Source: Candidatus Krumholzibacteriales bacterium
GTDB taxonomy: Bacteria; Krumholzibacteriota; Krumholzibacteriia; Krumholzibacteriales; WJIX01
Direction: 5' to 3'
NCBI GenBank assembly: GCA_046483305.1
Contig: JAWODM010000041.1
Span: forward strand, 16,486 to 80,485
DNA length: 64,000 nucleotides
Each line of letters begins with the position of its first letter. The first letter of the stretch is position 1. Of this stretch, positions 48,227-58,235 are shown piece after piece. Under the pieces are notes generated by a model. That model was not told the DNA's origin, did not search any database, and was given only the letters and a program-made list of their open reading frames with translations. A program made the position numbers and the translations under genes.

Positions 48227-49219
48227 TTACTCATCCATTATCTTGATAACCTTGGCCTCACGCACTCTCAGCACACCTTCGATCTGGTTGAGTTTTTCCA
48301 CGATGCGCGGTTTGCTTCCCACCGCCGAATCGCCTATGATCATCCCGACCAGCTTTGAGCCGTCCTCGATAATATCACAGAAGACTATCTCGTCGATAAA
48401 GAAAACAGTGGTGAATACCTGCTGGATAGCGTCCTTATCTATGTCCACGATTATATAACTGGTAGTTCCGGGATGTTTCGCGGCTGTCTGGGTGTCGGAC
48501 TCCTTGACCAGTTTGCTGTATGTTTTGATAAACTCGTCAACGTCGCGGTCCAGCTTGGGCCTCTCCACTCTGCTCATCGATACCACTTCCACCCCCTCCA
48601 TATCCCCGATCTTCTTGAACAGGGAATCGATCTCCTCCTGAGTGTCGGCCTGAGCGAGGATAATTATGTCGAAATCGCCGTGAACGGCCTCGCAGCGCTG
48701 AACCCCCTTCATGTGATATAGTTTCTTGTATATATCTATGCTGTCTTCCTGGCCGGTAACCCGGATGGTCAGGTAGGCGCTTACTGACTTCCTGATCTCG
48801 GGTTTGCTCTCGATCGCTTCTTTGGAAAAGGTAGTCCGGCCCGGTTTAAGCTCTTCCATCGCCTCAACCAGTTCATCTATCTCGAAAGGTTTGTCCAGAT
48901 AACCGGTATTGTGTTCGCTGATAGCTTCCAGTTCGAGGCTGACGTCCCCATAACCGGTAATTACCAGGACCGGGAGGTCGGGGTACTGTTTCTTGATAAC
49001 CTTCAGAATCTTGAGGCCGTCGATGTCGGGCATGAATATATCGGTAATAAGATAATCGAATTGCCGTCCCTCTTCCTGAGCGTTCTTGAGCTCATGAATC
49101 GCCGATATGCCGTCGGGGCATGCCACCGCGCCGTAACCCTCCTGGGTCAGGCCCACGGTCAGGTTCCGCCTTATTTCAGCTTCGTCATCGATTATTAATA
49201 CATTCCCTTTCAAGATCAT
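48227..49219 (-). CDS. Response regulator with two Lrp/AsnC (RAM)-like ligand-binding output domains
   Basis: REC (IDDE, TDIFMP, KPF); SAYLTI...GV...AVHGDFDIII...EGV and a second similar repeat; no HTH. Confidence 0.8.
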   Translation of the reverse strand: MILKGNVLIIDDEAEIRRNLTVGLTQEGYGAVACPDGISAIHELKNAQEEGRQFDYLITDIFMPDIDGLKILKVIKKQYPDLPVLVITGYGDVSLELEAISEHNTGYLDKPFEIDELVEAMEELKPGRTTFSKEAIESKPEIRKSVSAYLTIRVTGQEDSIDIYKKLYHMKGVQRCEAVHGDFDIIILAQADTQEEIDSLFKKIGDMEGVEVVSMSRVERPKLDRDVDEFIKTYSKLVKESDTQTAAKHPGTTSYIIVDIDKDAIQQVFTTVFFIDEIVFCDIIEDGSKLVGMIIGDSAVGSKPRIVEKLNQIEGVLRVREAKVIKIMDE

Positions 49220-49618
49220 TCCTCCCTTTTAAAACATGGTGGGAGCGGGCTGGTTTTCCAGAATCCACTCTGCAAAAATCCTCTGTCGATCAATATCCAT
49301 ACACCTTCAGGCAAAGGATGAAAACCGCCTGATTTATTTCAACAATAAACTATTATTTATATTACACTTTGTCAAATTATATTATGATTTAAAGAGGGTT
49401 ATCGGAAGCGTCACGGAGGGCGCAGCCGAATCTGTCATGAAATCACTGATCGGAGCTGTTTTACAAGCCCTTAAGATGGCTGTCATTAAGCCGTATCTGG
49501 ATCCAATTCTTCAATAATCTCCCCCGGTTTTGATATTCCGGGAATCCCTTCGGTGTTGGCGGTAAATTTTCTGCCACTTTCAACCCTGTTCAATCGATGA
49601 AATTATTATACGGAGTAT

Positions 49619-49647
49619 TTGACATATTCTCTGCCGGGCCGTAATCT
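49619..49647 (+). promoter_or_regulatory. sigma70-type promoter candidate
   Basis: TTGACA-N17-TAATCT about 50 nt upstream of the FAH gene. Confidence 0.45.
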
Positions 49648-49696
49648 GTTATCTACATTGGAAGCAGCATACTGAAGAAGGAAGGTTTTACGGCTG

Positions 49697-50572
49697 ATGA
49701 AGTTATCAACCATCAGGATAAACGGAGTGGAAGAGACGGCCATCTGGGCAGGCCGGGGGCTTATCCCGGTAAAGACAATCAACGCCGTATATGGAATGGC
49801 TGTTCCGGCCGGTCTTCTTAACCTGATCAGGTCAGGGAGAATGGAAAAATTCAACCGCTGGTACAGGTCGGTGGGCCGGGATGAACTGGCAGGGTTCGAG
49901 GCCATGGATCCGGCGGAAGTTGATTTCGCGCCCTGCTACAGGCACCCCGGAAAGATATGGGGAATCGGGCTTAACTACAGGCGCCATGCCGCCGACCTCG
50001 ACGAGACAGCCCCGGAGGCCGAGCCGGCCAGCTTCATGAAACCGGACACCACCATTATAGGGTCCGGAGATACCATAAAAATTCCGGTACAGTCCTCCCG
50101 GACTACCGCTGAGGCTGAGCTGGGCATAGTCATCGGCAGAGAGTGCAGGGATATCAGCGAGGAGGACTGGCGGGATTATGTGGCCGGCTTCACTCCGGTA
50201 CTGGATATGACCGCCGAGGATATCCTGAGAAAGAATCCCAGGTACCTGACCAGGGCCAAGAGCTTCGACACCTTCTTCTCCTTCGGGCCTCAGCTGATAA
50301 CCCCCGACGAGATGACTGATATCGAAAATATAAAGGTCCGTACAATTATTAACGGCGCCGTTCAGGCCAAAAACCTGATCGCGAACATGGTCCACTCCCC
50401 TGCCCGCCTGGTATCCTTTCACTCCAGGGTAATGACCCTGCTGCCAGGAGATATCATCTCAACCGGGACCCCGGGAGCCGCGCCCGTAAGAGAAGGCGAT
50501 ACCGTAGAGGCGGTGATTGACGGGTTCGAGCCGCTGGTAAACAGGGTAACCGACCTCAAATCAGCTCTATGA
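49697..50572 (+). CDS. Fumarylacetoacetate hydrolase family protein
   Basis: KIWGIGLNY..H, FMKP, EAELG, DMTA, KSFDTF, GDIISTGTPG. Confidence 0.93.
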   Translation: MKLSTIRINGVEETAIWAGRGLIPVKTINAVYGMAVPAGLLNLIRSGRMEKFNRWYRSVGRDELAGFEAMDPAEVDFAPCYRHPGKIWGIGLNYRRHAADLDETAPEAEPASFMKPDTTIIGSGDTIKIPVQSSRTTAEAELGIVIGRECRDISEEDWRDYVAGFTPVLDMTAEDILRKNPRYLTRAKSFDTFFSFGPQLITPDEMTDIENIKVRTIINGAVQAKNLIANMVHSPARLVSFHSRVMTLLPGDIISTGTPGAAPVREGDTVEAVIDGFEPLVNRVTDLKSAL

Positions 50573-50603
50573 CGGGAATATCCCGGGGAAACTGATTATA
50601 ATC

Positions 50604-51086
50604 CTAATAAACGCAGGCGAAAAACGAATCGCCTGTTTTTATTCTGGTTGTCCGGAAAAGGCCGCCGTCCAGGAGTATCTTCAGATAGAGCAGCTCTCCG
50701 CAGGGCGGCTCGAAAATAGCCGAACTTTCCTGGACTTTTACCACACTTATTGTATCAACCTCTCCCGGTTCCAGAATTCCGTCCCAACCGGAGGAAAATC
50801 GGAACTCTCCCAGATACCTGTCGCCTTCGCTGAGATAGACCCCTGCGGAAGGAACTGACAGACCTGACAGGCGGTAACCCGCGCTGTTATCAATCGCCAG
50901 GGTCGCATGGCAGTCGATAGGGTCCGGGGGATACATAGGCATCAGGTTGGCGCTTATAAAAAGTTCCAGTACTGTTACCTCGATAACCTTCGCACCAGAA
51001 CCGTCTCCCGGCCTTTCGGCATCCTCGCCACAGCCGGCCAGCAACAGCAGCGCCGGAACCATAAGAATAATCCCGATAGCTTTCAT
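50604..51086 (-). CDS. Hypothetical lipoprotein
   Basis: MKAIGIILMVPALLLLAGC lipobox. Confidence 0.7.
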   Translation of the reverse strand: MKAIGIILMVPALLLLAGCGEDAERPGDGSGAKVIEVTVLELFISANLMPMYPPDPIDCHATLAIDNSAGYRLSGLSVPSAGVYLSEGDRYLGEFRFSSGWDGILEPGEVDTISVVKVQESSAIFEPPCGELLYLKILLDGGLFRTTRIKTGDSFFACVY

Positions 51087-51200
51087 TTTAAATCCCCTGT
51101 TCCGGCAGAGTCTCCATACACTTCCGCACTGTTAATATATCATGATTACTAATCGGGATAAAGTCTTAATCTTACTGCCGATCAGACTTCAAGGAAGAAA

Positions 51201-51276
51201 TGGTGGGAGCTACAGGATTTGAACCTGTGACTTCTACCGTGTGAAGATAGCACTCTAACCACTGAGTTAAGCTCCC
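51201..51276 (-). tRNA. tRNA-Val(CAC)
   Basis: GGGAGCU...CUAUC UU CAC AC GGUAG...ACAGG UUCAAAU CCUGU AGCUCCC ACCA; canonical cloverleaf, CCA encoded. Confidence 0.96.
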
Positions 51277-51366
51277 GTTCTCTTTACAGTAATTACTATA
51301 AAATGATTCCCGTTCCCGCGCAAGTGATTAGCTGACTAATCCTCTTCGCACCGCGCAGGGATGATA

Positions 51367-51615
51367 TTACTCCTGGTCCTCCCTGTCATGCTCCTTGAGA
51401 ATCTTCCTGGCCCTGTCAGCCTCGCCCTTTCGAACATAAATCCTTACCCTTCCCATCCCGTCAACGGAAATCGGAAGCGCCCCCCCGGCCCTTCCCGATT
51501 TTACCAGGGTATCAATTCCTTCGCTCTCCAGAAGCGAGACCACCATATTCTCCTCGATCTCTCCCTGAACGGAGATCAGCTCCACCAGTTCGGTGTTCTT
51601 CTTGTCTTTCATCAT
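51367..51615 (-). CDS. DUF2007-domain protein
   Basis: E.NMVVSLLESEGI...G.VRIYV....ADRARKIL. Confidence 0.8.
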   Translation of the reverse strand: MMKDKKNTELVELISVQGEIEENMVVSLLESEGIDTLVKSGRAGGALPISVDGMGRVRIYVRKGEADRARKILKEHDREDQE

Positions 51616-51763
51616 CAGCCCTTTCTTGCCGGTTGTGTGCTGCTTATGATATACTACCGCTTTGATCAGTGCATAAACAAGGAAAAAGGTTGATAGATCG
51701 GCCGGTATATATAAATTTCTTACCTGCAAGTGACGACCCGGCGAAACAGTTCGGGGGGATAAT

Positions 51764-52630
51764 GTGAATCTTGGAGCCCATAAATCAATCGCCGGAGGGG
51801 TTGATAAGGCCCTGGAACGGGGAAAAGAGACCGGCTGCGGCGCCGTCCAGATGTTCGTGAAGAGTTCCAACCAATGGAAGGCCCGCCCCCTCAGAGAGGA
51901 GGAGATAGCGGCTTTTCGCCGGAAAAAGGCCGGTTACAGGGATGATTTCCTGATGGCCCACTCCAGCTATCTTATCAATATAGCGTCCCCGGAGAGCGGG
52001 CAGGCGCTGAAATCCATCAATGCGCTTGTTATCGAAATAAAGAGGTGCGCTGTTCTGGACATCCCCTTTCTGGTGCTTCATCCGGGAAGCCACCGGGGCA
52101 CCACCGAAGAAGAAGGAATAGAGAGAATCGCCTCCCGGCTCAGCGAAGTCTTTCTTCAAACAGGGGGGGCGAAGGTAATGGTGTTGCTGGAGACCACCTC
52201 GGGAACCGGGGATAATATCGGATACCGGTTCGAGCATATCGCCTGGATCATGGATAAGGTCAGGGAAACCGGCCGGACCGGATGCTGCTATGATACCTGC
52301 CATTCATTCGCCGCCGGTTACGATATAAGAACCAGGGAGAGTTACGAGAAGACCTTCAGTGAATTCGACAGGGTAATCGGATTCGAAAACCTGAAGGCCT
52401 TCCATCTCAATGATTCGCTTCACGGGCTGGGGTCAAGGAAGGACAGGCATCAGCACATCGGGGAGGGCAAAATCGGGAAAGAAGGGTTTTCCTTCCTGGT
52501 GAACGACCAGCGGTTCATGGAAATTCCGATGGTGCTTGAAACTCCCAAGGACGGGGATGACCTGGAGTTCGACAGGAAGAACCTGGCCCTTCTCAGAAGC
52601 ATGCGAGAGAGCGAACGGAAGCAAAAATAA
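51764..52630 (+). CDS. nfo: Endonuclease IV
   Basis: GAH.SIAGG, HSSYLIN, HPG, LET, DTCH.FAAG, HLNDS, DRH, LETP. Confidence 0.95.
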   Translation: MNLGAHKSIAGGVDKALERGKETGCGAVQMFVKSSNQWKARPLREEEIAAFRRKKAGYRDDFLMAHSSYLINIASPESGQALKSINALVIEIKRCAVLDIPFLVLHPGSHRGTTEEEGIERIASRLSEVFLQTGGAKVMVLLETTSGTGDNIGYRFEHIAWIMDKVRETGRTGCCYDTCHSFAAGYDIRTRESYEKTFSEFDRVIGFENLKAFHLNDSLHGLGSRKDRHQHIGEGKIGKEGFSFLVNDQRFMEIPMVLETPKDGDDLEFDRKNLALLRSMRESERKQK

Positions 52631-52658
52631 GAGTATTAATAGATAGAAGGAGGACTGA

Positions 52659-53594
52659 ATGATGTATGACCTGGCTATTATAGGATCCGGCCCGGCGGGC
52701 CTGACCGCGGCGATATACGCCAGCCGCGGAGAACTGAATACCGTAGTTTTTGAGGGGATGGAACCTGGAGGGCAGCTGACCATTACCTCCGAGGTAGAGA
52801 ATTTCCCCGGTTTTCCGGAAGGGATTCAGGGGCCCGAACTGATGCAGAGAATGAAGAAACAGGCGGAAAAATTCGGCACGGAGATTGTCGCCGCCGAGGT
52901 TAAAGACATAGACCTGAGCGGTTCCCCCTTCAAACTGACCGCCGGTTCGGATCAGATAGAGGCGCAGGCGGTAATAGTGGCGACCGGTTCAAAGGCAAGG
53001 TGGATGGGACTGGAGTCTGAGAGCAAACTCAGGGGCAAAGGTGTATCGGCCTGCGCGACCTGCGACGGATTCTTCTTCACCGACAGGGAGATCGCGGTGG
53101 TGGGGGGAGGAGACTCCGCCATCGAGGAGGCGACTTTCCTTACCAGGTTCGCCAGCAAGGTAACCGTAATTCACAGAAGAGACAAGCTCAGGGCATCCAA
53201 ATCGATGCAGAAGAAAGCCTTCGATAACGATAAAATAGAGTTCGAATGGGATAGCTTGGTGGAGGAGATCCTGGGAGTGGATGAGGATAAAGTGACCGGC
53301 CTGCTCCTGAAGAATGTCAAGACCGGCGATAAGAAGGAGCTTCCGGTGGAGGGAGTTTTCGTCGCCATAGGACATATCCCGGCAACGGAAATATTCAGGG
53401 GCAAACTGGACATTGATGACAGGGGGTATGTTATCGCGGACGCCAGAGGCCAGACATCGGTGGAAGGAGTTTTCGCTGCCGGTGATGTAAAGGATACTAT
53501 CTACAGACAGGCGATCACGGCGGCCGGAAGCGGATGCGTAGCGGCGCTGGAAGCTTATAAGTGGATAACCGACGAGGAAATCCCCACCTGGTAA
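52659..53594 (+). CDS. trxB: Thioredoxin-disulfide reductase
   Basis: GSGPAG, VENFPGF, CATCDG, GGGDSA, HRRD, AAGD, QAITAAG. Confidence 0.96.
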   Translation: MMYDLAIIGSGPAGLTAAIYASRGELNTVVFEGMEPGGQLTITSEVENFPGFPEGIQGPELMQRMKKQAEKFGTEIVAAEVKDIDLSGSPFKLTAGSDQIEAQAVIVATGSKARWMGLESESKLRGKGVSACATCDGFFFTDREIAVVGGGDSAIEEATFLTRFASKVTVIHRRDKLRASKSMQKKAFDNDKIEFEWDSLVEEILGVDEDKVTGLLLKNVKTGDKKELPVEGVFVAIGHIPATEIFRGKLDIDDRGYVIADARGQTSVEGVFAAGDVKDTIYRQAITAAGSGCVAALEAYKWITDEEIPTW

Positions 53595-53616
53595 CTTATG
53601 AGGGGAGTGACAGGTA

Positions 53617-54366
53617 ATGGAATTACATAGAGATAAAAAGATTCTGATCACCGGGGGGACCAGGGGTATTGGGCTTGCCGTGGCTGAAGTACTGGCCCGG
53701 GAGGGGGCGGACGTGGCGGTCAACTTCAGGAGCGACACCGGACAGGCGGAGAGAGCGGTCTCCGAAATAGAGAAAACCGGGAGAAAAGCTGTCCCGGTTC
53801 AGGCCGACATTTCCGACCCCAAAGAGATCAAGAGGATGTTCAGGGAGGTCAGGGAAAAGCTTGGCGAACTGGACGGTTTCGTATCCAACGCAGTTTCCGG
53901 GGTTGTGGGGCCGGCAGAGAGGATCGGAAGATTCGGCTGGAAGAAAGCGATGGATACCAATGCCAGGGCCTTCATGCTCTGCGCCCAGCAGGCCCTGAAG
54001 GTATTCAATCCTGAAGGGGGCTCCATAGTTGCGGTGTCGTCGGTGGGCAGCATCCGGGTGCTTCCCGGATACACAGCGGTGGGAGCAAGCAAGGCCGCCC
54101 TGGAAGCGCTGGTCCGTTACTTCGGAAAAGAGCTGGCTTCCAGAGGTATAAATGTCAACGCCGTCTCCGGAGGCCCTGTTCAGACCAGGTCTCTGGACTA
54201 CTTCCCCGATAAGGAAAAGATTATCAGCGAATGGGTGGACCGCACTCCGGCCGGAAGGCTGGGCTCTCCCGGGGATATAGCGGAAGTGGTCTCATTCCTG
54301 CTTTCCCAGAAAGCTGGCTGGATAAGGGGCCAGACCATTATCGCCGACGGGGGGATGACCCTTTAA
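53617..54366 (+). CDS. SDR oxidoreductase, FabL-like enoyl-ACP reductase
   Basis: TGGTRGIG, SNAVSG, YTAVGASK (Y-x6-K), NAVSGG. Confidence 0.8.
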   Translation: MELHRDKKILITGGTRGIGLAVAEVLAREGADVAVNFRSDTGQAERAVSEIEKTGRKAVPVQADISDPKEIKRMFREVREKLGELDGFVSNAVSGVVGPAERIGRFGWKKAMDTNARAFMLCAQQALKVFNPEGGSIVAVSSVGSIRVLPGYTAVGASKAALEALVRYFGKELASRGINVNAVSGGPVQTRSLDYFPDKEKIISEWVDRTPAGRLGSPGDIAEVVSFLLSQKAGWIRGQTIIADGGMTL

Positions 54367-55667
54367 TCGGTCTGAAAATCTATCATCTTCTCTATCGCCC
54401 TGCCGCAGGCCGGACAGAAACGCATGGTCTTGGAGAACATAATGCAGTCCCGGCTGGACCTGTACAGCCCCCTGGCGGAATAACCGGCCCCCTCGAAGAA
54501 GCCGGTCACACCCGCATATGTTGAATCGTCCGGGGTGGGAAGCGGAGTGCCCTTTTCGATAAGGTCAGACCACTTGGCCCCGCCCCTTTCCGGAAAGGCC
54601 GTTATATTCGGTTCCCAGGGCTCCACTCCCCGGGGATACATCTCGTCATTATATGTTACATCGGAAGAGTAGTATTCGTCGGCCAGCCCCGCGAAGGAGT
54701 GGCCGAATTCATGCACGAATACGTATCCCGAATATTCATTATCGGTGGTGCAGCTGGAGTAGAAATTGAATATCCCCCCTCCTCCGTACTTATCCTCGTT
54801 CGCTATCAGGATTATCCTGTCATACGGAACCCGGGAGGCGATATCACGCACTACCCTGTTATCGGCTTCCACCATATAACGGTCAAGCTCAAGAGAGTTA
54901 AAGGTCAGGTCAAGAAGGTTGTCCCGGTATACCCCTTCCCTGGGGTCGTCAACCCCGGACTGCTCCGAGACCGACTCCACCAGCCGGACATTGAAATCTC
55001 CCTTCCTGCTCCTGAACGGCTCCACGCTGAACAGGGTGTCGACCAGCCTGGCGGCATCCTCCCGCATCTTATGCACCTGGTCGCTCCTGTAACCGTCTCC
55101 GATAATACATATATCTACTTTTTCGGATGGTTTTCCGCTCTTAAGCAGAGTCCTGGTTCTGAAATAATTATATTTCCTTTCGGTTTTTATATGGTAATCA
55201 TCCGGATCGATCACAAAACTGGAAATATTTTCAAAGATATTTTCCCTGTTCCTCCTGCTTATCCTGACCTGAACCGGCTTTCTGGGCAAGGGGAATCTGA
55301 TGGTCTCGTGGAAAACCGCGGGGGGAGGCGTCCCGGCCATATCGGTCACCGCCCACTCGCCGTACAGGTTGCAGTAGCCGCGGGAAAAGATGAGGTCGTT
55401 GGTCTCCAGGTCGAAAACCATATAGATGTATTCTCCCAGATTCATGTTATCTATCAGCGAATTCGGGTTTCCTCCCCAGTATTTCTCCCTGATTATTTCA
55501 TCTATACTGTAGAATTCAGTCTCTCCCGCCCCTGAATGATAAAGGTCAATCCTCAGGCAGCCGGACTTGAAGTAATCGCCGAACTCCGGCTCTCCGGAGA
55601 GCGCTCCGGAAGAAACCAGTATTATCATCGCCGCTGCGCTCAGAATCTTTTTCAATTTACCCTCCAT
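54363..55667 (-). CDS. Peptidase M64 family (IgA peptidase-like), exported
   Basis: Signal peptide, GDGY, YGGGG, HEFGHSFAGLADEY, EPNIT, CIM, FCPAC. Confidence 0.9.
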   Translation of the reverse strand: MEGKLKKILSAAAMIILVSSGALSGEPEFGDYFKSGCLRIDLYHSGAGETEFYSIDEIIREKYWGGNPNSLIDNMNLGEYIYMVFDLETNDLIFSRGYCNLYGEWAVTDMAGTPPPAVFHETIRFPLPRKPVQVRISRRNRENIFENISSFVIDPDDYHIKTERKYNYFRTRTLLKSGKPSEKVDICIIGDGYRSDQVHKMREDAARLVDTLFSVEPFRSRKGDFNVRLVESVSEQSGVDDPREGVYRDNLLDLTFNSLELDRYMVEADNRVVRDIASRVPYDRIILIANEDKYGGGGIFNFYSSCTTDNEYSGYVFVHEFGHSFAGLADEYYSSDVTYNDEMYPRGVEPWEPNITAFPERGGAKWSDLIEKGTPLPTPDDSTYAGVTGFFEGAGYSARGLYRSSRDCIMFSKTMRFCPACGRAIEKMIDFQTD

Positions 55668-55786
55668 ACTGCTCTTTAAAATTCGTTAATTTAACAGATC
55701 TCAGATTATACTATTACTCATTAATCTCATGTTCAATGAATTATCTTCTGCTGGCAAATTCATATGCCCGCTCTGCCTCCGGCGAC

Positions 55787-56491
55787 TCACCTCGAAATCT
55801 CCACCCCCACCCTGGCGCATTCTTCGAATATAAGACAGCCGCTGCAGATCGGGGATACCGGCCTGCACACCTTCTTGCCGAAGCTGACCAGCAGATCGTT
55901 GATCTCTATCCAGTGGTTCCGGGGGAGTATCTCCCGAAGGGCGTATTCACTCTCGGTAGGGTTTGCCGACTCTACCACCCCCAGCCGGTTGATGATACGG
56001 TGCACATGGGTATCCACACAGATGGCATCCTTTCCGAAACCCTGGGTGAGGACCAGATTGGCGGTTTTTCTTCCCACCCCCGGCAGAGTCAGGAGCTGAT
56101 CTATGGTATCCGGAACCCTTGAATCAAAATCTCCGACCAGTTTCTCGGACAGCATTTTTATTGATTCCCCCTTGTTGTTATAGAACCCTGCCGGGTAGAT
56201 CGCCCCGGCAATCCTGGCAGCCGGGAGGGCTGCCATCTCTTCCGGCGTTGCGGCCAGGGCGAACAGCCTCCGGCTGGCCTGTCCGGTCACCTCATCCTTG
56301 GTCCTCGCGCTTATCACGGTTGAAACCAGCACCTTGAAGGGAGACCCGGTCTCCCTGGCCACGCTGGTTACCGAAGGCGCCTTTTCATCTCTGGTCATCT
56401 CCCTGAGCCGGGGAACTATCCCGGTCAGGATCTCCCTTCCCTTTTCCCGTCCAGGGGGAAATTTATACTTATTTTTCTTTTTTCCCTTCAT
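55787..56491 (-). CDS. nth: Endonuclease III
   Basis: LPGVGRKTANLV HhH, VDTHVHR, C-x6-C-x2-C-x5-C. Confidence 0.93.
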   Translation of the reverse strand: MKGKKKNKYKFPPGREKGREILTGIVPRLREMTRDEKAPSVTSVARETGSPFKVLVSTVISARTKDEVTGQASRRLFALAATPEEMAALPAARIAGAIYPAGFYNNKGESIKMLSEKLVGDFDSRVPDTIDQLLTLPGVGRKTANLVLTQGFGKDAICVDTHVHRIINRLGVVESANPTESEYALREILPRNHWIEINDLLVSFGKKVCRPVSPICSGCLIFEECARVGVEISR

Positions 56492-56712
56492 TCCGGTACT
56501 CTTCAGTGAAATTCAATCACGCAAAAAGTTATAATCTCGATTTCTTATAAATAACAATAATATTCCACGGCGTAATAAACTAATAAAATCCCGGGCCGGG
56601 AGCGGAATGGGAGCTGGAAATATATACCGCTCTATTCTATAATAACGGTTTATAAGAAATTCGTGGAAATATTTGAGCGCCTGAGCGGCGCCAGCGCAGT
56701 ACGGAGGTTCCG

Positions 56713-57045
56713 ATGGACAGTTACATTCAGGTAATTACGACGGTGGATGACAGAGAGGATGCTCAGAGAATAGCCAGGGCGGTAGTGGAAAAGAGGCTGG
56801 CGGCATGCGTTCAGATCATCGGGCCGGTATCCAGTATGTACTGGTGGGAGGATAATATCGTGGAGGAAAATGAACATATCTGCCTGATGAAGACCAGGGA
56901 AAACCTGTACCGGGAGCTGGAACAGGCTATCATAGATGAACACGCGTACGAAATTCCCGAGATAGTGGCTGTCCCTGTATCGGCAGGAAGCGCCGGTTAT
57001 TTTGAATGGATGGACAGGGAATTGAAAGGGGATAAATCCATGTAG
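56713..57045 (+). CDS. cutA: Divalent-cation tolerance protein CutA
   Basis: RLAACVQ, SMYWW, H.YEIPEI, YFEW. Confidence 0.95.
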   Translation: MDSYIQVITTVDDREDAQRIARAVVEKRLAACVQIIGPVSSMYWWEDNIVEENEHICLMKTRENLYRELEQAIIDEHAYEIPEIVAVPVSAGSAGYFEWMDRELKGDKSM

Positions 57046-57350
57046 CTTCAGCTCCGGCATTGCCGCGGCTGCTTTTGCCTTCTATGTTAATGGAATGCGG
57101 CTGTTTATATTACTTATAATATTAATGTTAATCCAAAACCTCTCTACATGACCCGGCTATATTACTTTCCGCAATATTAATACCCCGGGCGTGCATACGA
57201 TTCGCATTAGACCAGAGAGGCAAACTGTCTTTACAGATGGATGGCCTTGATATATAATCAGCTCTATTAGTGTACCGAAGAACGGGTAGACAGCAGAATA
57301 TCGAATACCTGTTTCTGATGAAACCTGATCCCGCGGAAGGAGGGACGGAA

Positions 57351-58082
57351 ATGCCTGAGGAGTTCGATGCGGGATGCGCCCGCCCTACCGGAGGGCCGGT
57401 AGGCGAAGACAGCGCGCCGCCCCGGGAGAAAGCTGAAGAAGAATCTCGTCATCCCTCAAAGGAGGAAACAAAAATGATAAAGGTTGGACAGAAAGCGCCG
57501 GATTTTACCGCTCCGGCATATTACAAGGGGAAGTTCGCGAAAGCCAATCTTTCTGAATATCTGGGTAAATGGGTTCTGCTCTGTTTCTATCCTGGTGATT
57601 TTACATTTGTCTGAGCGACGGAAGTGTCGGCAGTTGCCGACAGGTACCCCGAGCTTGAGAAGCTGGGAGTGGAGGTTCTCTCCATGAGCGTGGACAGCGT
57701 ATTCGTCCACAAGATGTGGAACGATCATGAACTGTCAAAGATGGTGAAGGGAGGAATCCCTTACCCCATGCTGTCTGACGCCGGCGGCAGAGTGGGAACC
57801 GAATACGGTATCTATGATGAAGAAGGAGGAGTTGAAACCAGGGGCAGATTCATAATCGACCCGGACGGAATTGTCCAGGGATATGAAGTGCTTACACCTC
57901 CGGTGGGAAGAAATGTTAACGAGACCATAAGGCAGATTCAGGCGTTTCAGCTGGTCAGAGAGAGCAAGGGAGAACAGGCCACCCCCTCGGGCTGGAGACC
58001 GGGAAAGACCACTCTCAAACCGGGCCCCGGCCTGGTGGGAAAGGTCTGGAAGGATTGGAAAACCGATATGGCCAGGGATTAA
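57351..58082 (+). CDS. prxU: Selenocysteine-containing peroxiredoxin (UGA at 57612-57614 read as Sec)
   Basis: ORFs 57270-57614 and 57624-58082 share one frame; [13 protein letters not shown] matches the AhpC FTFVCPTE peroxidatic motif; SECIS-like hairpin follows. Confidence 0.92.
57625..57642 (+). promoter_or_regulatory. Bacterial SECIS element
   Basis: UGUCGGC-AGUU-GCCGACA hairpin starting 10 nt after UGA, G in the apical loop. Confidence 0.8.
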
Positions 58083-58095
58083 CTTATTATCCCAT

Positions 58096-58123
58096 AAGGC
58101 GCCGCCCGAACCGGCGGCGCCTT
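58096..58123 (+). terminator. GC-rich hairpin after prxU (terminator or stabiliser)
   Basis: AAGGCGCCGCC-N6-GGCGGCGCCTT; weak U tail. Confidence 0.5.
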
Positions 58124-58235
58124 GCTATGAGCGGCAACACGGGGGGATATTCTCATATAGCATTCAGCAACGTCAAATACGTGGAATATAATCATAGTTT
58201 AATTCAGAGTGATTTTCTTCAGCAGGAGGGATTCA

